DNA from: an uncultured Planctomycetota bacterium
GTDB taxonomy: Bacteria > Planctomycetota > Planctomycetia > Isosphaerales > Isosphaeraceae
Assembly: GCA_963737655.1 (NCBI GenBank)
Contig: CAVTTN010000002.1
Coordinates: forward strand, 768,001-832,000
Reading direction: 5' to 3'
DNA length: 64,000 nucleotides
A program made the position numbers and the translations under genes. The notes under the pieces were generated by a model. It did not search any database. It was given only the letters and a program-made list of their open reading frames with translations, and was not told the origin of the DNA. Every line of letters begins with the position of its first letter. Position 1 is the first letter of the stretch. Below, piece by piece: positions 1-9,804 of the stretch.

Positions 1-2
1 GG

Positions 3-332
3 CTCGGCGGGCGCGACTTCCTCGTGAATTTCGCGGGGAACCTGGCGGTGTTCGTCCCCCTCGGGATCCTCCTGCCGATTGCCCGCAGGCGGCCGACCTC
101 GGTCGGGATGATGGCGGCCCTGGCCGTCTCGCTGAGCGTGGGGATCGAGCTGGCGCAATTCCTGTCCGGTCGAAGAGTTGCGGACGTGGACGACGTGATC
201 CTGAACGCGCTCGGGGCGGTCCTGGGATTCGGAATCCTCCGGCTCGGAATCCGCCAGGGATGGGGTCACCCGCAGCCCGTCCCGCTCAGGGCGAGGCCGG
301 CCCGGAGATCCGTCGGAAGATGTCGTCAATGA
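3..332 (+). CDS. VanZ family membrane protein (5'-truncated at window edge)
   Basis: GNLAVFVPLG...IELAQ...RVADVDDVILNALG motifs typical of VanZ-like proteins; the frame is open to the window start. Confidence 0.8.
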   Translation, partial: LGGRDFLVNFAGNLAVFVPLGILLPIARRRPTSVGMMAALAVSLSVGIELAQFLSGRRVADVDDVILNALGAVLGFGILRLGIRQGWGHPQPVPLRARPARRSVGRCRQ

Positions 333-876
333 CCCAATGAAACACCACTTGATGGAGCGACTCGACGATCCCCATGTCGTCGATCCCCACGTGCAAGTTC
401 TTGTGGGCCAACGGCTTGAGCTTTCCTCCGGAGAACCCGGTGATCCCCAGGGTGGTCATCCCGTTGGCGTTGGCCCACTCGACGGCCTTGAGGATGTTCG
501 GGCTGTTGCCGGAGCCGGAGATGGCCAGGAGCACGTCGCCGGGGGTCGCCAGGTTCTTGAGCTGCTCGATGAAGATCCGGTCGTAATGCAGGTCGTTGGC
601 CACGGCCATCAGCCACGGGGTATTGTCGGTCAGGCTGAGGACTCGGAGCCGCTTCTGGTTCTCGAAGTCGCGAAGCGTGCACTTGGCCAGGTCCTCGCAG
701 AGGTGCGAGGCGTTGGCGCCCGAGCCGCCGTTGCCGATGATGAAGACCAGCTTGCCGGCGTGGTAAGCCTCTTCGATGAGGTCGCTGAACGCCTGGATCT
801 GGGCGGGGTCCAGCTCCTGGATCTCCCGGCAAACGCGGTCGAGGTACTCTTGGACGCCCAGGGTCGCTCCCAGCAT
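286..876 (-). CDS. gmhA: SIS-domain protein, D-sedoheptulose-7-phosphate isomerase (GmhA/DiaA-like)
   Basis: GNGGSGANASH, ISGSGNSPNI and GIVESLH motifs; 196 aa. Confidence 0.8.
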   Translation of the reverse strand: MLGATLGVQEYLDRVCREIQELDPAQIQAFSDLIEEAYHAGKLVFIIGNGGSGANASHLCEDLAKCTLRDFENQKRLRVLSLTDNTPWLMAVANDLHYDRIFIEQLKNLATPGDVLLAISGSGNSPNILKAVEWANANGMTTLGITGFSGGKLKPLAHKNLHVGIDDMGIVESLHQVVFHWVIDDIFRRISGPASP

Positions 877-1016
877 CAGACGGCCTCCGGTGACTCGGAA
901 ATCCAGCGGGTCTCCGCCGTCGGGCGGCCCGAGACGATTGTATCGAGGGCGGATCGGCCTGAGAATAGGCCGCGGGACCCGCGTGGACCTGGGGCAACTC
1001 GGCGAGACTTCGAGCG

Positions 1017-3269
1017 ATGACGGCGGACGGCGCCCTGGGAATTGCCTGGACCCTGGCCTTCGCGGCCCTCCTCGGGACCTCCGCCCGGTGGGTGGCCGCC
1101 CGGGGGTTCGGCCTGGCTCGCGGCCTGCCCCGGATCGTCGGGTCGGCCGTGCTGGCCTGGGCCTGGGCCACGCTCGGCCTCCAGGTCCTGGGGGTGACCG
1201 GCCATCTCGACCGCCCCTGGCTGCTGCTCTGGGCCGGGGCCGGGCTGATCGGCTCGGCGGCCGTGCGATGGCTCCGCCCCGCGCCTCGGGACGAGGCCGG
1301 CGGCCCTCCCGACCCGCTGGACCTGCCGGCGACCCTGGGCCTGGCGATGATTTTCGTCGGGGTGGTCGTGATCGGGGCCGCGTCGTTCTTGCTCCCGCCC
1401 AAGATCGTCAGCGACGGGCCGATTTATCACCTGTTCTTCGCGGCGAAGTGGTGGAAGGCGGGCCGGGTCTTCCTGATCGCCTCGCCGTTCGGCGAGAACG
1501 CCGCCACCTATTTCCCCGCCAACGGCGACCTGGTCTTCGCCGGCCTGATGACCCTGTTCGGCAGCGACCGATTGGCCCGGATTGGACAGGCGCCGTTCCT
1601 CTTGCTGGCGGCCGTCGAGGCGTTCGCGATCGCCCGGAGGGTCGGCGCGGGGGTCTCGGCGAGCGTCCTGGGCGTCGGGTTCTTCGTGACGTGCCTCCCC
1701 TTGCTCCTGTTCTCGTTCGAGGCGAACGTCGATACGATCTTCGTCGCCGGCTACCTCGGCGCGGTCTATTTCGGACTTCGATACGCCCTGGATGGCCCCC
1801 GGATCGCCGACCTGATCCTCGCCGGGCTCGCCGCCGGAGCCGCATGGGGCACCAAGGCCACCGCCTCGGCGTTCGTCCCGCCGTTGCTGCTCGCGGGATC
1901 GGGCCTGATCCAGTTGAAGCCATTGGGGTTCTGGTCGAAGGTCGCCCACCTCGCGACGCTCGCCGCCTCGTCGCTGGCCCTCTGCGGATTCTGGTTCGGC
2001 CGGAGCCTCTGGCTGACGGGCAACCCGCTCTATCCGTTGCTGGTCCGAGGGATCTTGCCGGGTTGGTACGACTCCTCGGCCATGACCCTCAGCCAGTTCT
2101 ACCTGCCGGTGAACGACTGGCCGTCGCTGTACGCCGTCCTGTTCCAGGTCTTCGACCCGCGTCTTTTCCCGGTCTGGGTGCTCGCCGCGATCGGGACGTG
2201 GCGGATCGGGCAAACGGGTGAAGATCGGGGAATTGCGGGAATTCGGAACGACCGGGCCACCTGGGCACTTTCCGCCCTGGCGATCCTGAACCTCGCGAGC
2301 TACTGGCTGTTGATTCCGTATCGGACCCAGCAACGCTTCACGCTCCAGGCCCTCGGCTTGCTCGCGGCGCCTCTGGCGAGGCTTCTGGATCGGTCCGTGT
2401 GGTTCCGCTGGGTCGCCGCCCTCTTGCTGGCCGTCCATTTGATGACGGCCCAATCCTGGCCGTTCGCCCGTCCCGGAGAGCCGGGGCCGTTTTCCGTGTC
2501 GGAAAAGGTGCCGAGCGTCCCGGCGGCGCCGGTCCACCTGCCGGGCTCGCTCCGGGAGGTCCGGGCCATGGCCAACAGCCCCGGGGGGACGCCTTACCTG
2601 GCGATCCTGGGCGCGATCGGCCTCGGGTCGTTCGCGGCGGCGTTCGCCTGGATGTGGGCCTCGCGACGGCCGGGCCCGGTTCGGTATGGGATCGCCCTGC
2701 TGGCCTCGTTCGGGCTGTTCGCGGGGATCGCTCTGGCCGATGACCTGGCGTTCGGGATGAGCCGGCAAGCGTTCCCCAATTTCCCCGATTACGCCCGAGG
2801 CTGGACGGTCCTCGACCGCCTCTCGCCGCCGAAGGGGACCCGAGTGGCCTACGCCGGGACCAACTTGCCCTTCTACCTGATGGCCCGAAACCTTCGCAAT
2901 GACGTGTTTTACGTCAACATCGACGCTCATCCCGACTGGCTCCTCCACGACTACCACCGGACGGCCGCCGATCGCGGCGATCCGCCCGTCTGGGACACCC
3001 CCCGACCGGGCTGGGACCGCGTCCACCCCGATTATCCCGGCTGGCTGGCGAACCTCCGTCGGGACCGGATCGCGCTCCTCGTGACCACCCGAGCCAACCC
3101 GATCGACGGCCCGTTCAACATCGCCGACGCCGAGGGGTTCCCGATCGAACGGGTCTGGGCCGACGCCCACCCCGAATCGTTCGAGCTCCTCTACCCCCGA
3201 GAGTCCCCCGACCCGCTGTTCCGCCTCTATCGGGTCCGGCCCTCGGCGATTGAGACCCGGCCCCCCTGA
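1017..3269 (+). CDS. Polytopic membrane protein, probable GT-C fold glycosyltransferase (PMT/ArnT-like)
   Basis: More than 12 hydrophobic segments, DGPIYH-type loop after the early TMs, GTKAT and TGNPLYP motifs, soluble C-terminal domain. Confidence 0.6.
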   Translation: MTADGALGIAWTLAFAALLGTSARWVAARGFGLARGLPRIVGSAVLAWAWATLGLQVLGVTGHLDRPWLLLWAGAGLIGSAAVRWLRPAPRDEAGGPPDPLDLPATLGLAMIFVGVVVIGAASFLLPPKIVSDGPIYHLFFAAKWWKAGRVFLIASPFGENAATYFPANGDLVFAGLMTLFGSDRLARIGQAPFLLLAAVEAFAIARRVGAGVSASVLGVGFFVTCLPLLLFSFEANVDTIFVAGYLGAVYFGLRYALDGPRIADLILAGLAAGAAWGTKATASAFVPPLLLAGSGLIQLKPLGFWSKVAHLATLAASSLALCGFWFGRSLWLTGNPLYPLLVRGILPGWYDSSAMTLSQFYLPVNDWPSLYAVLFQVFDPRLFPVWVLAAIGTWRIGQTGEDRGIAGIRNDRATWALSALAILNLASYWLLIPYRTQQRFTLQALGLLAAPLARLLDRSVWFRWVAALLLAVHLMTAQSWPFARPGEPGPFSVSEKVPSVPAAPVHLPGSLREVRAMANSPGGTPYLAILGAIGLGSFAAAFAWMWASRRPGPVRYGIALLASFGLFAGIALADDLAFGMSRQAFPNFPDYARGWTVLDRLSPPKGTRVAYAGTNLPFYLMARNLRNDVFYVNIDAHPDWLLHDYHRTAADRGDPPVWDTPRPGWDRVHPDYPGWLANLRRDRIALLVTTRANPIDGPFNIADAEGFPIERVWADAHPESFELLYPRESPDPLFRLYRVRPSAIETRPP

Positions 3270-3272
3270 GCA

Positions 3273-3328
3273 GTAGGGCAGGCCTTGGCCTGCCGATCCG
3301 CCCCTCGGCAGGCCGAGGCCTGCCCTAC
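3273..3328. repeat. GTAG-type REP doublet (REPIN-like)
   Basis: GTAGGGCAGGCCTTGGCCTGCC followed by the inverted copy GGCAGGCCGAGGCCTGCCCTAC; each unit is itself a hairpin with a GTAG foot. Confidence 0.85.
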
Positions 3329-3415
3329 GAACTTTTTTCCCGAATCCGCGACGGATCATCCCGCGAGCCGCCCCTAATAAGGGAGACACCCCGGCTTCTC
3401 CTCCAGGACCTTCCG

Positions 3416-5428
3416 ATGCGCTTGACCCTCCGCACCTTGCTGGCGTGGCTCGACGACACCTTACCACCGGCGGAGGTCCGCCAGATCGGCCAGCAGGTGG
3501 CGGAAACTCCTCTGGCGCAGGAGCTTGTGGACCGGATTCACAAGGTCACCCGGCAACGGAGGCTGACCGTCCCGCCCAACTCGGGGCCCGACGGGACCGA
3601 CCCGGCCGTCGTCGCCAGCTACCTCGACGACGAGCTTTCGCCCGACGAGGTCGTCGAGTTCGAGAAGCGGGCGCTGACGTCCGACGTCCATCTTGCCGAG
3701 GTGGCCAGCGTCCACCAGATCCTCAGCCTCCTGGGTCAGAAGGCGAAGGTCCCGGCCGAGGCGAAGTCGCGGATGTACCACCTGATCAAGGGTCGGGAGG
3801 CGGTGAACCCGGCGCCTCGGCCGGCGGCGGCGGCGAAGCCCCGAGCGGCCGAGCCGGTCACCCCGGCCATCCCGGCGTGGTCGCCGCCGATTCGGCCCGA
3901 GAAATCGGTCGTCGAGCGGTTCGGCCCGGCCGCGGCGGTGGTCGGGTTGATCGGATTGCTCTGCTGGTCCGCCTGGATGAGCCTCGGGCCGGCGAGCAAA
4001 CCGGCCGAAGAGGTGGCGGTCCTCGGCAATCCGAACCCCAAGCCGGACCAAAATCCGATCCCGCCGGCCCCGCCCATCCCCGAGCCGGCCGGCAACGGCG
4101 AGGCCGCACCGAACGACCAGGCCGCGACCCCTCCCGAGACCAAGGCCGAACCCGAGAAGGCCGAGGCCGAAAAGCCCGCCCCGCCCGAGCCCAAGCCCGG
4201 CGACATGGAGAAGCCCAAGGACGCCCCCGCCACCGACGAGACCGTCTCTCCGGCGCCTCCCTTGCCCGCCGGGACCGCCGGGGCCGTCGGCAAGATCGAC
4301 GGCGTCCTGCTCCGCTTCAACCCCGAGGGCAAGGCCTGGGACCGCCTGACCGAGAGCGCCGTCCTCCGCGCCGGAGACCGCCTGGTCAATCTGCCCCCGT
4401 ACCATTCGCCCCTGAAGCTGGGCCAGGCCGACGTGGTCCTGATCGGCGATAGCGAGCTGAAGGTCCTCGCCGCCGAGGCCCCCGAGTCCGCCCGGTTCGA
4501 ACTGACCCGGGGCAAGATGAGGATCGCCGGGGCCGCCTTGCCCGGCCCGATCGCCGCGATGATCGGCCGGGACCCGATCAAGCTCTCCATCCCGGCGGGG
4601 GCCGTGGCCGGGATCGAGCGGATCAACGAACGCACCCCCGGCGAGAAGCTGCCCAGCCCGCCGGGCCTCCGCATCTACTCGGCCGAGGGGACCGTGGGCG
4701 TCGAGGCCGGAGCGGCCAGCGAGACGGTCCCGGCCGGCTCCTCGTTGCTCGTTCACGCCCCCAACGAGGTCTCGGACAAGCTCGCGGCGGCGACGCCTCC
4801 GTGGCTGGCCGAGCCGGAGGCCTCGGCCGTCGATCGCGAGCGGGGCAAGGCGTTGGCCCGCTTCTTCAAGGCGGGATTGCCGCCGAAGATCGCCATGGTC
4901 GAGGCGTCTACCAACGAGAGGCCCGAGGTCAAGCGAGACGCCCTGACCTCGCTGGCCGCGATCGCCTCGGCCGACCCGCAATCGCTCGAATTGCTGATCG
5001 GCGCCCTGAACGCCAAGGACGACCCGACCTCCCGCAAGGCCGCCATCGCCGCCCTCCGAGAAATCGCCGCCTCCGACCCCGAATGGTCCAAGCGCCTCCG
5101 CCCCACCCTGGAGCAATTCAGCAGCAGCAAGGCCGCCGCCGACACCGTCGAACGGCTCCTGATCGGCTTCACCAACCACGAGGCCGCCGACGAGGCCAAC
5201 CAGAAGCAACTGGTGAAGGACTTGACTCATGAAGACGTCGGAATCCGCGAGCTGGCGATCGAGACCCTCATGAAGATCTCCCGGAGGGCCAATCGCCTGG
5301 ACTACGACCCCGACCAGTACAACGCCGCCAAGCCCCAGGACACCCCCGGCGTCAAGAACTGGCAAGACCTCCTCTCCCGCAAGGAACTCCGCGCCCCGGC
5401 CGCACCCAAGTCCAAGTCGGGCTCGTGA
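3416..5428 (+). CDS. Planctomycete-type membrane protein: anti-sigma-like N-terminus, one TM, Pro-rich linker, beta domain, HEAT-like C-terminus
   Basis: MRLTLRTLLAWLDDTL start, YLDDELSPDEVVEFE helix, one hydrophobic segment, P/E/K-rich linker, helical HEAT-like repeats. Confidence 0.6.
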   Translation: MRLTLRTLLAWLDDTLPPAEVRQIGQQVAETPLAQELVDRIHKVTRQRRLTVPPNSGPDGTDPAVVASYLDDELSPDEVVEFEKRALTSDVHLAEVASVHQILSLLGQKAKVPAEAKSRMYHLIKGREAVNPAPRPAAAAKPRAAEPVTPAIPAWSPPIRPEKSVVERFGPAAAVVGLIGLLCWSAWMSLGPASKPAEEVAVLGNPNPKPDQNPIPPAPPIPEPAGNGEAAPNDQAATPPETKAEPEKAEAEKPAPPEPKPGDMEKPKDAPATDETVSPAPPLPAGTAGAVGKIDGVLLRFNPEGKAWDRLTESAVLRAGDRLVNLPPYHSPLKLGQADVVLIGDSELKVLAAEAPESARFELTRGKMRIAGAALPGPIAAMIGRDPIKLSIPAGAVAGIERINERTPGEKLPSPPGLRIYSAEGTVGVEAGAASETVPAGSSLLVHAPNEVSDKLAAATPPWLAEPEASAVDRERGKALARFFKAGLPPKIAMVEASTNERPEVKRDALTSLAAIASADPQSLELLIGALNAKDDPTSRKAAIAALREIAASDPEWSKRLRPTLEQFSSSKAAADTVERLLIGFTNHEAADEANQKQLVKDLTHEDVGIRELAIETLMKISRRANRLDYDPDQYNAAKPQDTPGVKNWQDLLSRKELRAPAAPKSKSGS

Positions 5429-5465
5429 AACCAGGGCGTTTCCACCTCTTTCCGGGAGCCGGGAC

Positions 5466-6242
5466 ATGAACGGAACCTACCGGGCGGCCCAGGCCCTCGC
5501 CGAACGGGCGGCCAGGGCCGCCGGGGCGATCCTGCTCGACGGCTTCGGCCGCGTGTCGGCGCGCGAGAAGGCCCCCGGCGACCTCATCACCGACGCCGAC
5601 ATCGCCAGCCAGCGCGCCATCGCCGCGATGGTGCTGGACGCCTTCCCCGATCACACCATCCTGGGCGAGGAGGAGGGCCTCGCGCCCGACCCGGCCAACC
5701 CCTGGAGGTGGATCGTCGATCCCCTGGACGGCACGATCAACTTCGCCCACGGTGTCCCCCTGTGGTGCGTCTCGATCGCCCTGGAACACGCCGGGGAGAT
5801 CGTCGCGGGCGTGGTGTTTCAACCGTTGATGGACGACCTGTTCAGCGCCTCGAAGGGTTCGGGAGCGACGCGCAACGGTCGACCGATGCGCGTGAGCGCG
5901 ACCGAACGCATCGAGGAGGCCCTGATCGTCTGCGGGATGCCCACGAATTTCGGCCCCGACGCCGACCACCAGCTCGCCATCTTCGGCCGATTCTCGACCG
6001 GGACCCACTCGGTCCGCCGGACGGGGAACTCGGCCTGGAACCTCGCGATGACGGCCTTCGGAGGCTTCGACGTCTGCTACGCCACCTCGATCTTCCCGTG
6101 GGACGCCGCCGCCGGTGTGATCCTGATCCGGGAGGCCGGCGGCACCATCACCGCCCCGGATGGCTCGCCCCACGATTTGTACAAGAATTCGATCCTGGCG
6201 ACGAATGGACGCATCCACGCGTCGGCGGTTGCGAGATTTTGA
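5466..6242 (+). CDS. suhB: Inositol monophosphatase family protein
   Basis: GEE, WIVDPLDGTINF and WDAAAG motifs. Confidence 0.9.
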   Translation: MNGTYRAAQALAERAARAAGAILLDGFGRVSAREKAPGDLITDADIASQRAIAAMVLDAFPDHTILGEEEGLAPDPANPWRWIVDPLDGTINFAHGVPLWCVSIALEHAGEIVAGVVFQPLMDDLFSASKGSGATRNGRPMRVSATERIEEALIVCGMPTNFGPDADHQLAIFGRFSTGTHSVRRTGNSAWNLAMTAFGGFDVCYATSIFPWDAAAGVILIREAGGTITAPDGSPHDLYKNSILATNGRIHASAVARF

Positions 6243-6293
6243 CGGGGATGGATCGAGGATCGAAGAGGGAGGAGAAGACCGTTCCTCGGCTCC

Positions 6294-6431
6294 GGAGAGG
6301 CCCCCGGGCGCTTCACCACGAAGTCACAAAGGGCACGAAGGAAGACACAAAAACGTTGCTGAATCCAGTCTTCTTTGTGTCTTCCTTCGTGCCCTTTGTG
6401 ACTTCGTGGTGAAGTGCCCGGGGGCCTCTCC
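6294..6431. repeat. Long inverted repeat (58-bp arms, 1 mismatch, 22-nt loop) between convergent genes; REP-like element and possible bidirectional terminator
   Basis: 6294-6351 is the reverse complement of 6374-6431 apart from one position. Confidence 0.9.
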
Positions 6432-6466
6432 AGGGATTCCATCGTTCGCCCTGGTCCTCTCCAAAG

Positions 6467-7996
6467 TCAAGCCTTGGGGGGCGACTTGAACGGGTCGGGG
6501 TCGGTGTCGCCGAGGCCACCCCGGAGCGGCACTTTGCGGACGGGCTTGGGCGCCGGTTCGGCCTCCTCGTCCTCGTCTTCCGGCTCGGGCTTGGCGGTGA
6601 CGGGCAGGGGGCGGAGCGACAGCGAGATCTTCTTGTTGTCGGGGTCGAGCGAGAGGATGCGGACGTCCACTTCCTGGTCCGGCTGGACCACGTCCTTCAC
6701 GCGGAAGACCTTCTTCGGGCCGAGCTCGCTGATGTGGATCAGCCCCTCGACGCCCGGCTCGATCTCGACGAACGCGCCGAAGTCCATCAGCCGGGTGACC
6801 TTGCCCTTCACGGTCTGCCCCCGGCTGAAGCGGTCGTCGATGTCGTCCCACGGGCTGGCCACGAGCTGCTTGAGCCCCAGGCTGATCTTCGAGGTCGTCC
6901 GGTCGATCTTGAGGATCTTCACCTCGACCTGCTGGCCGACCCTCACGACGCTCGAAACGTCCTGGACGCGGGTCCAGGAGAGGTCGGAGACGTGGATCAG
7001 GCCGTCCACCCCGCCGAGATCGACGAAGGCGCCGAAGTCCTTGATCGAGCGGACCACGCCGGGCCGGACCTGCCCCTCTTCCAAAGCCGCCCAGGTCTGG
7101 GCCTTCATCTCCTCGCGCTCGATCTCGAGCAGGTCGCGGCGGGAGACCACCAGGTTCTTCTCTCGCTGGTTGGCCTCGGTGACGACCACCCGGAGCTTCT
7201 GGTTGATGTAGACCGACGCATCCTCGACGCGGTTGATGTCGATCTGGCCGATCGGCAAGAACCCGCGGATGCCATCGACGAGCACTTCCAAACCGCCCTT
7301 GTTCACCTTCGTCGGCCGGGCCTCGACGATCAGCCCCTTGCGCAAATTGGACCAGTCCGCCTCGACCGCCGCGCCCTTCAGCGAGAGGATCAGCAACCCC
7401 TCTTCATGGTCGAAGTGGTCCACCACGACGTCGATCAAATCGCCCGCGTTGGGCAACGGGTTCTCGCCGAACTGCTCGATCGGCACGATCCCCTCGCTCT
7501 TGGCGGCGAGGTCGACGAACACGGTCCGCCCCCGGACGCCGATAACCTTGCCTTTCCTCGCCCCCGAGCCGGTCTCCTGGCCGACGTCGGCCTTGTCGGC
7601 ATGGGAGCGGTCGGTGGCGCGGGTCCGGGGCCCGCGGTTCTGGACGTCGAGCGCGGAGGAATCGAACCCCTCCATCGCGTCCTGGAGCTCGGCTTCCAGG
7701 TCGTCGTCCCACTGACGCTTCAAAGAGACGGACTGGACCGGGGCCCGGTCCCCGCCCCGGGAGGTGGCGGCATCAAGGGCGCGGTCGATGTCCTCGATCC
7801 GGGTCGGCGCCGGGCCGTCGTCGTCATCGCGAGGACGGGGCGGACGGCCCTGAAAATTCGAGGGTGGCGAAGGGGCCGCGGGAGGTCGGCCGAAATCGGC
7901 CGCCGGAGCGGGGGCCGGGGCGTCGGGCCGAGGGCCTTCGGGGGCGGCGGGCGGCTCGTTCAACGAGCGGACGCGGCGGATCGGGGTCTCGTTCAT
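6467..7996 (-). CDS. rpsA: S1 RNA-binding domain protein (RpsA-like, four S1 domains, long disordered N-terminus)
   Basis: Repeated S1 motifs FGAFVDLGGVDGLIHVSDL and FGAFVEIEPGVEGLIHISEL; start placed at MNETP. Confidence 0.8.
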   Translation of the reverse strand: MNETPIRRVRSLNEPPAAPEGPRPDAPAPAPAADFGRPPAAPSPPSNFQGRPPRPRDDDDGPAPTRIEDIDRALDAATSRGGDRAPVQSVSLKRQWDDDLEAELQDAMEGFDSSALDVQNRGPRTRATDRSHADKADVGQETGSGARKGKVIGVRGRTVFVDLAAKSEGIVPIEQFGENPLPNAGDLIDVVVDHFDHEEGLLILSLKGAAVEADWSNLRKGLIVEARPTKVNKGGLEVLVDGIRGFLPIGQIDINRVEDASVYINQKLRVVVTEANQREKNLVVSRRDLLEIEREEMKAQTWAALEEGQVRPGVVRSIKDFGAFVDLGGVDGLIHVSDLSWTRVQDVSSVVRVGQQVEVKILKIDRTTSKISLGLKQLVASPWDDIDDRFSRGQTVKGKVTRLMDFGAFVEIEPGVEGLIHISELGPKKVFRVKDVVQPDQEVDVRILSLDPDNKKISLSLRPLPVTAKPEPEDEDEEAEPAPKPVRKVPLRGGLGDTDPDPFKSPPKA

Positions 7997-8207
7997 GATC
8001 GTCGATTCGCGAGAGAAAGACGGGGGCACGGCCCATCCCCCAAGCGTAGCGAACCCAAGCCCCGAGGCCAAGGTCATCCGCCCGCCCCAGGGCGAATGAA
8101 ATCCTCGGGACGCATGCCCACGTCTGTGTAAGCATGTCTTCCGTCTGGCGCGGCGGGATCGAACCGACGATGTGCTCACGTCCTCCACGAGACGGGGGTG
8201 GGTGGGT

Positions 8208-9197
8208 TCACCCGGGCGCCTCGTCCCGTTCGAGGGACCGAAGATGGAGATCGTACAGTTTCCCGGCCAGGTCCTGGAGGTGGCGTCGCCCCTTGCGATC
8301 GTCCTCCAACGCCTCGATCAGGTGGGCCGGGATTCCCTCGATCCCCAGGCGGGCGCCGACCAGCGCCCCGGCCATCGCCGCCAGCGTGTCGGTGTCGTTG
8401 CCCTGACCGATCGCCCGGCTGACCACGCCGGGATAGTCGTCCGGCGAGGCGGCGAAGATGGCGATCGACGTGATGACCGATCTGTGCGCCTCCAGGCTAT
8501 TGCCGAAGCCTCCGACCGAGTCGAACCGCTTCAGCCGCCTCGCGATGGAGAGTTGCCACCGGAACTCCTCGGTCTGCGCGTACCGGGACAGTTCCCCGAA
8601 GAACGCCCTTCGATCGAATTTCCCCCCGCGCAGTGCCAGGGACACGGCGACCGCGATCAGCCTCGCCCCGTCGATCCCGATCGGGTGGGTATGCGTCGGC
8701 AAAGCCGATCGCGCGGCCTGTTCGGCGACGCGGTCGAGATCGTTGCAGAACAGGAGGCCGATGGGCGCGGCTCGCATCGCGGCGCCGTTGCCGAGAGAGC
8801 CGCCGGGGAACACGGACTGTGCCAGGGGCCGCCAGTCCTTACCATCGAGGATCGCCTCCAGGATCCGCCGGGCGCCGGGGCCGTAGCCTCGGGCCGGGTC
8901 GTAATTCGAGGCGAAGGCCGCGCAAAGCGTCGCCTCGTCGATCTCGCCGCGCTCGATCAGGGCCTCGGCGACCCCGATGGCCATCTGGGTATCGTCGGTG
9001 TAGCGGAGGACGTCCGCCTGTGGGCCCCGGACGATCGCCTCGGCGGGACCCATCCGGTAGATCATGTCATCAAGCAGCCCCTCGAACGGCGCGCCCAGGC
9101 TATCGCCGATGGCCTGCCCCAGCAAGCACCCCAGGAATTGCTCGCGGCGGGGGGGATTCGGGAAGAGCCGATCACCGATTTCCTGGGGCATCGACAT
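8208..9197 (-). CDS. ADP-ribosylglycohydrolase family protein (DraG/ARH-like)
   Basis: GQAIGDSLG, YTDDTQM, GNGAAMR and GNDTDT motifs; start placed at MSMPQ. Confidence 0.9.
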   Translation of the reverse strand: MSMPQEIGDRLFPNPPRREQFLGCLLGQAIGDSLGAPFEGLLDDMIYRMGPAEAIVRGPQADVLRYTDDTQMAIGVAEALIERGEIDEATLCAAFASNYDPARGYGPGARRILEAILDGKDWRPLAQSVFPGGSLGNGAAMRAAPIGLLFCNDLDRVAEQAARSALPTHTHPIGIDGARLIAVAVSLALRGGKFDRRAFFGELSRYAQTEEFRWQLSIARRLKRFDSVGGFGNSLEAHRSVITSIAIFAASPDDYPGVVSRAIGQGNDTDTLAAMAGALVGARLGIEGIPAHLIEALEDDRKGRRHLQDLAGKLYDLHLRSLERDEAPG

Positions 9198-9329
9198 GAG
9201 ACAGGCTCCGTTCTCATCCCGTCCGATGGCCGTGCGGACCCGAAGGCGAACATGCCGACCGACGGGGGCCTCGCACAAGTCCCCTCCCCATCGCACGCCA
9301 AGATCCACCGCGGGGCGCGGTTGGGCACC

Positions 9330-9542
9330 TTACGCCCCGTGGAAGGTCTCCCATGACAGCCCGAGTTGCCTGACGGCCGCGCGGATCGTTCCGAGTTTGA
9401 GATCGTCGCCGCCCCAGTCTGGCACGACCGTGTGCCGTCCCGTCAGCGGATTCAGCCACTTTCTGTGAGAGCCGCCGCCGGTCCTCGGCACCTCGAGACA
9501 GCCCAGGCTCGACAACTTCCTCGCGACCTCACGGTATCTCAT
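9330..9542 (-). CDS. hicA: Type II toxin, HicA family
   Basis: 70 aa with GGSH and TVVP motifs; start overlaps the hicB stop (ATGA). Confidence 0.85.
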   Translation of the reverse strand: MRYREVARKLSSLGCLEVPRTGGGSHRKWLNPLTGRHTVVPDWGGDDLKLGTIRAAVRQLGLSWETFHGA

Positions 9543-9784
9543 GGGACGGTGACGACCAGGTCCATCCTCACCGGCTCGCCGGGTTCCTCGACCGTCAATT
9601 CGGGCGGCAGGGACCGCCCCTGGTCGCGATAGATCTCCAGGACCGCCGCGAATGCGTCCCGGACGTTCTCCAGGGCATCCTCCACCGAGTCTCCCTCGGT
9701 CAACAATTCCGGGATCGCGGGGGAAGTGACGGTGTATCCTCCCTCGGGCTGCGGATCGAACAGGAGCGAAAGTTTGTAATGCAT
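9539..9784 (-). CDS. hicB: Type II antitoxin, HicB family
   Basis: EGGYTVTSPAIPELLTEGDSVEDALENVRDA; GAGGGAAG RBS-like sequence before ATG at 9784 (3' part of track ORF 9539..10741). Confidence 0.85.
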   Translation of the reverse strand: MHYKLSLLFDPQPEGGYTVTSPAIPELLTEGDSVEDALENVRDAFAAVLEIYRDQGRSLPPELTVEEPGEPVRMDLVVTVP

Positions 9785-9804
9785 CACTTCCCTCATCTCG
9801 TCCG

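Noticed and set aside
9200..9326. GCCCAAC just after the hicA stop, resembling an attC R'' box
   Set aside because: No recognisable L'/R' boxes or stem could be found, so at most a heavily decayed site.
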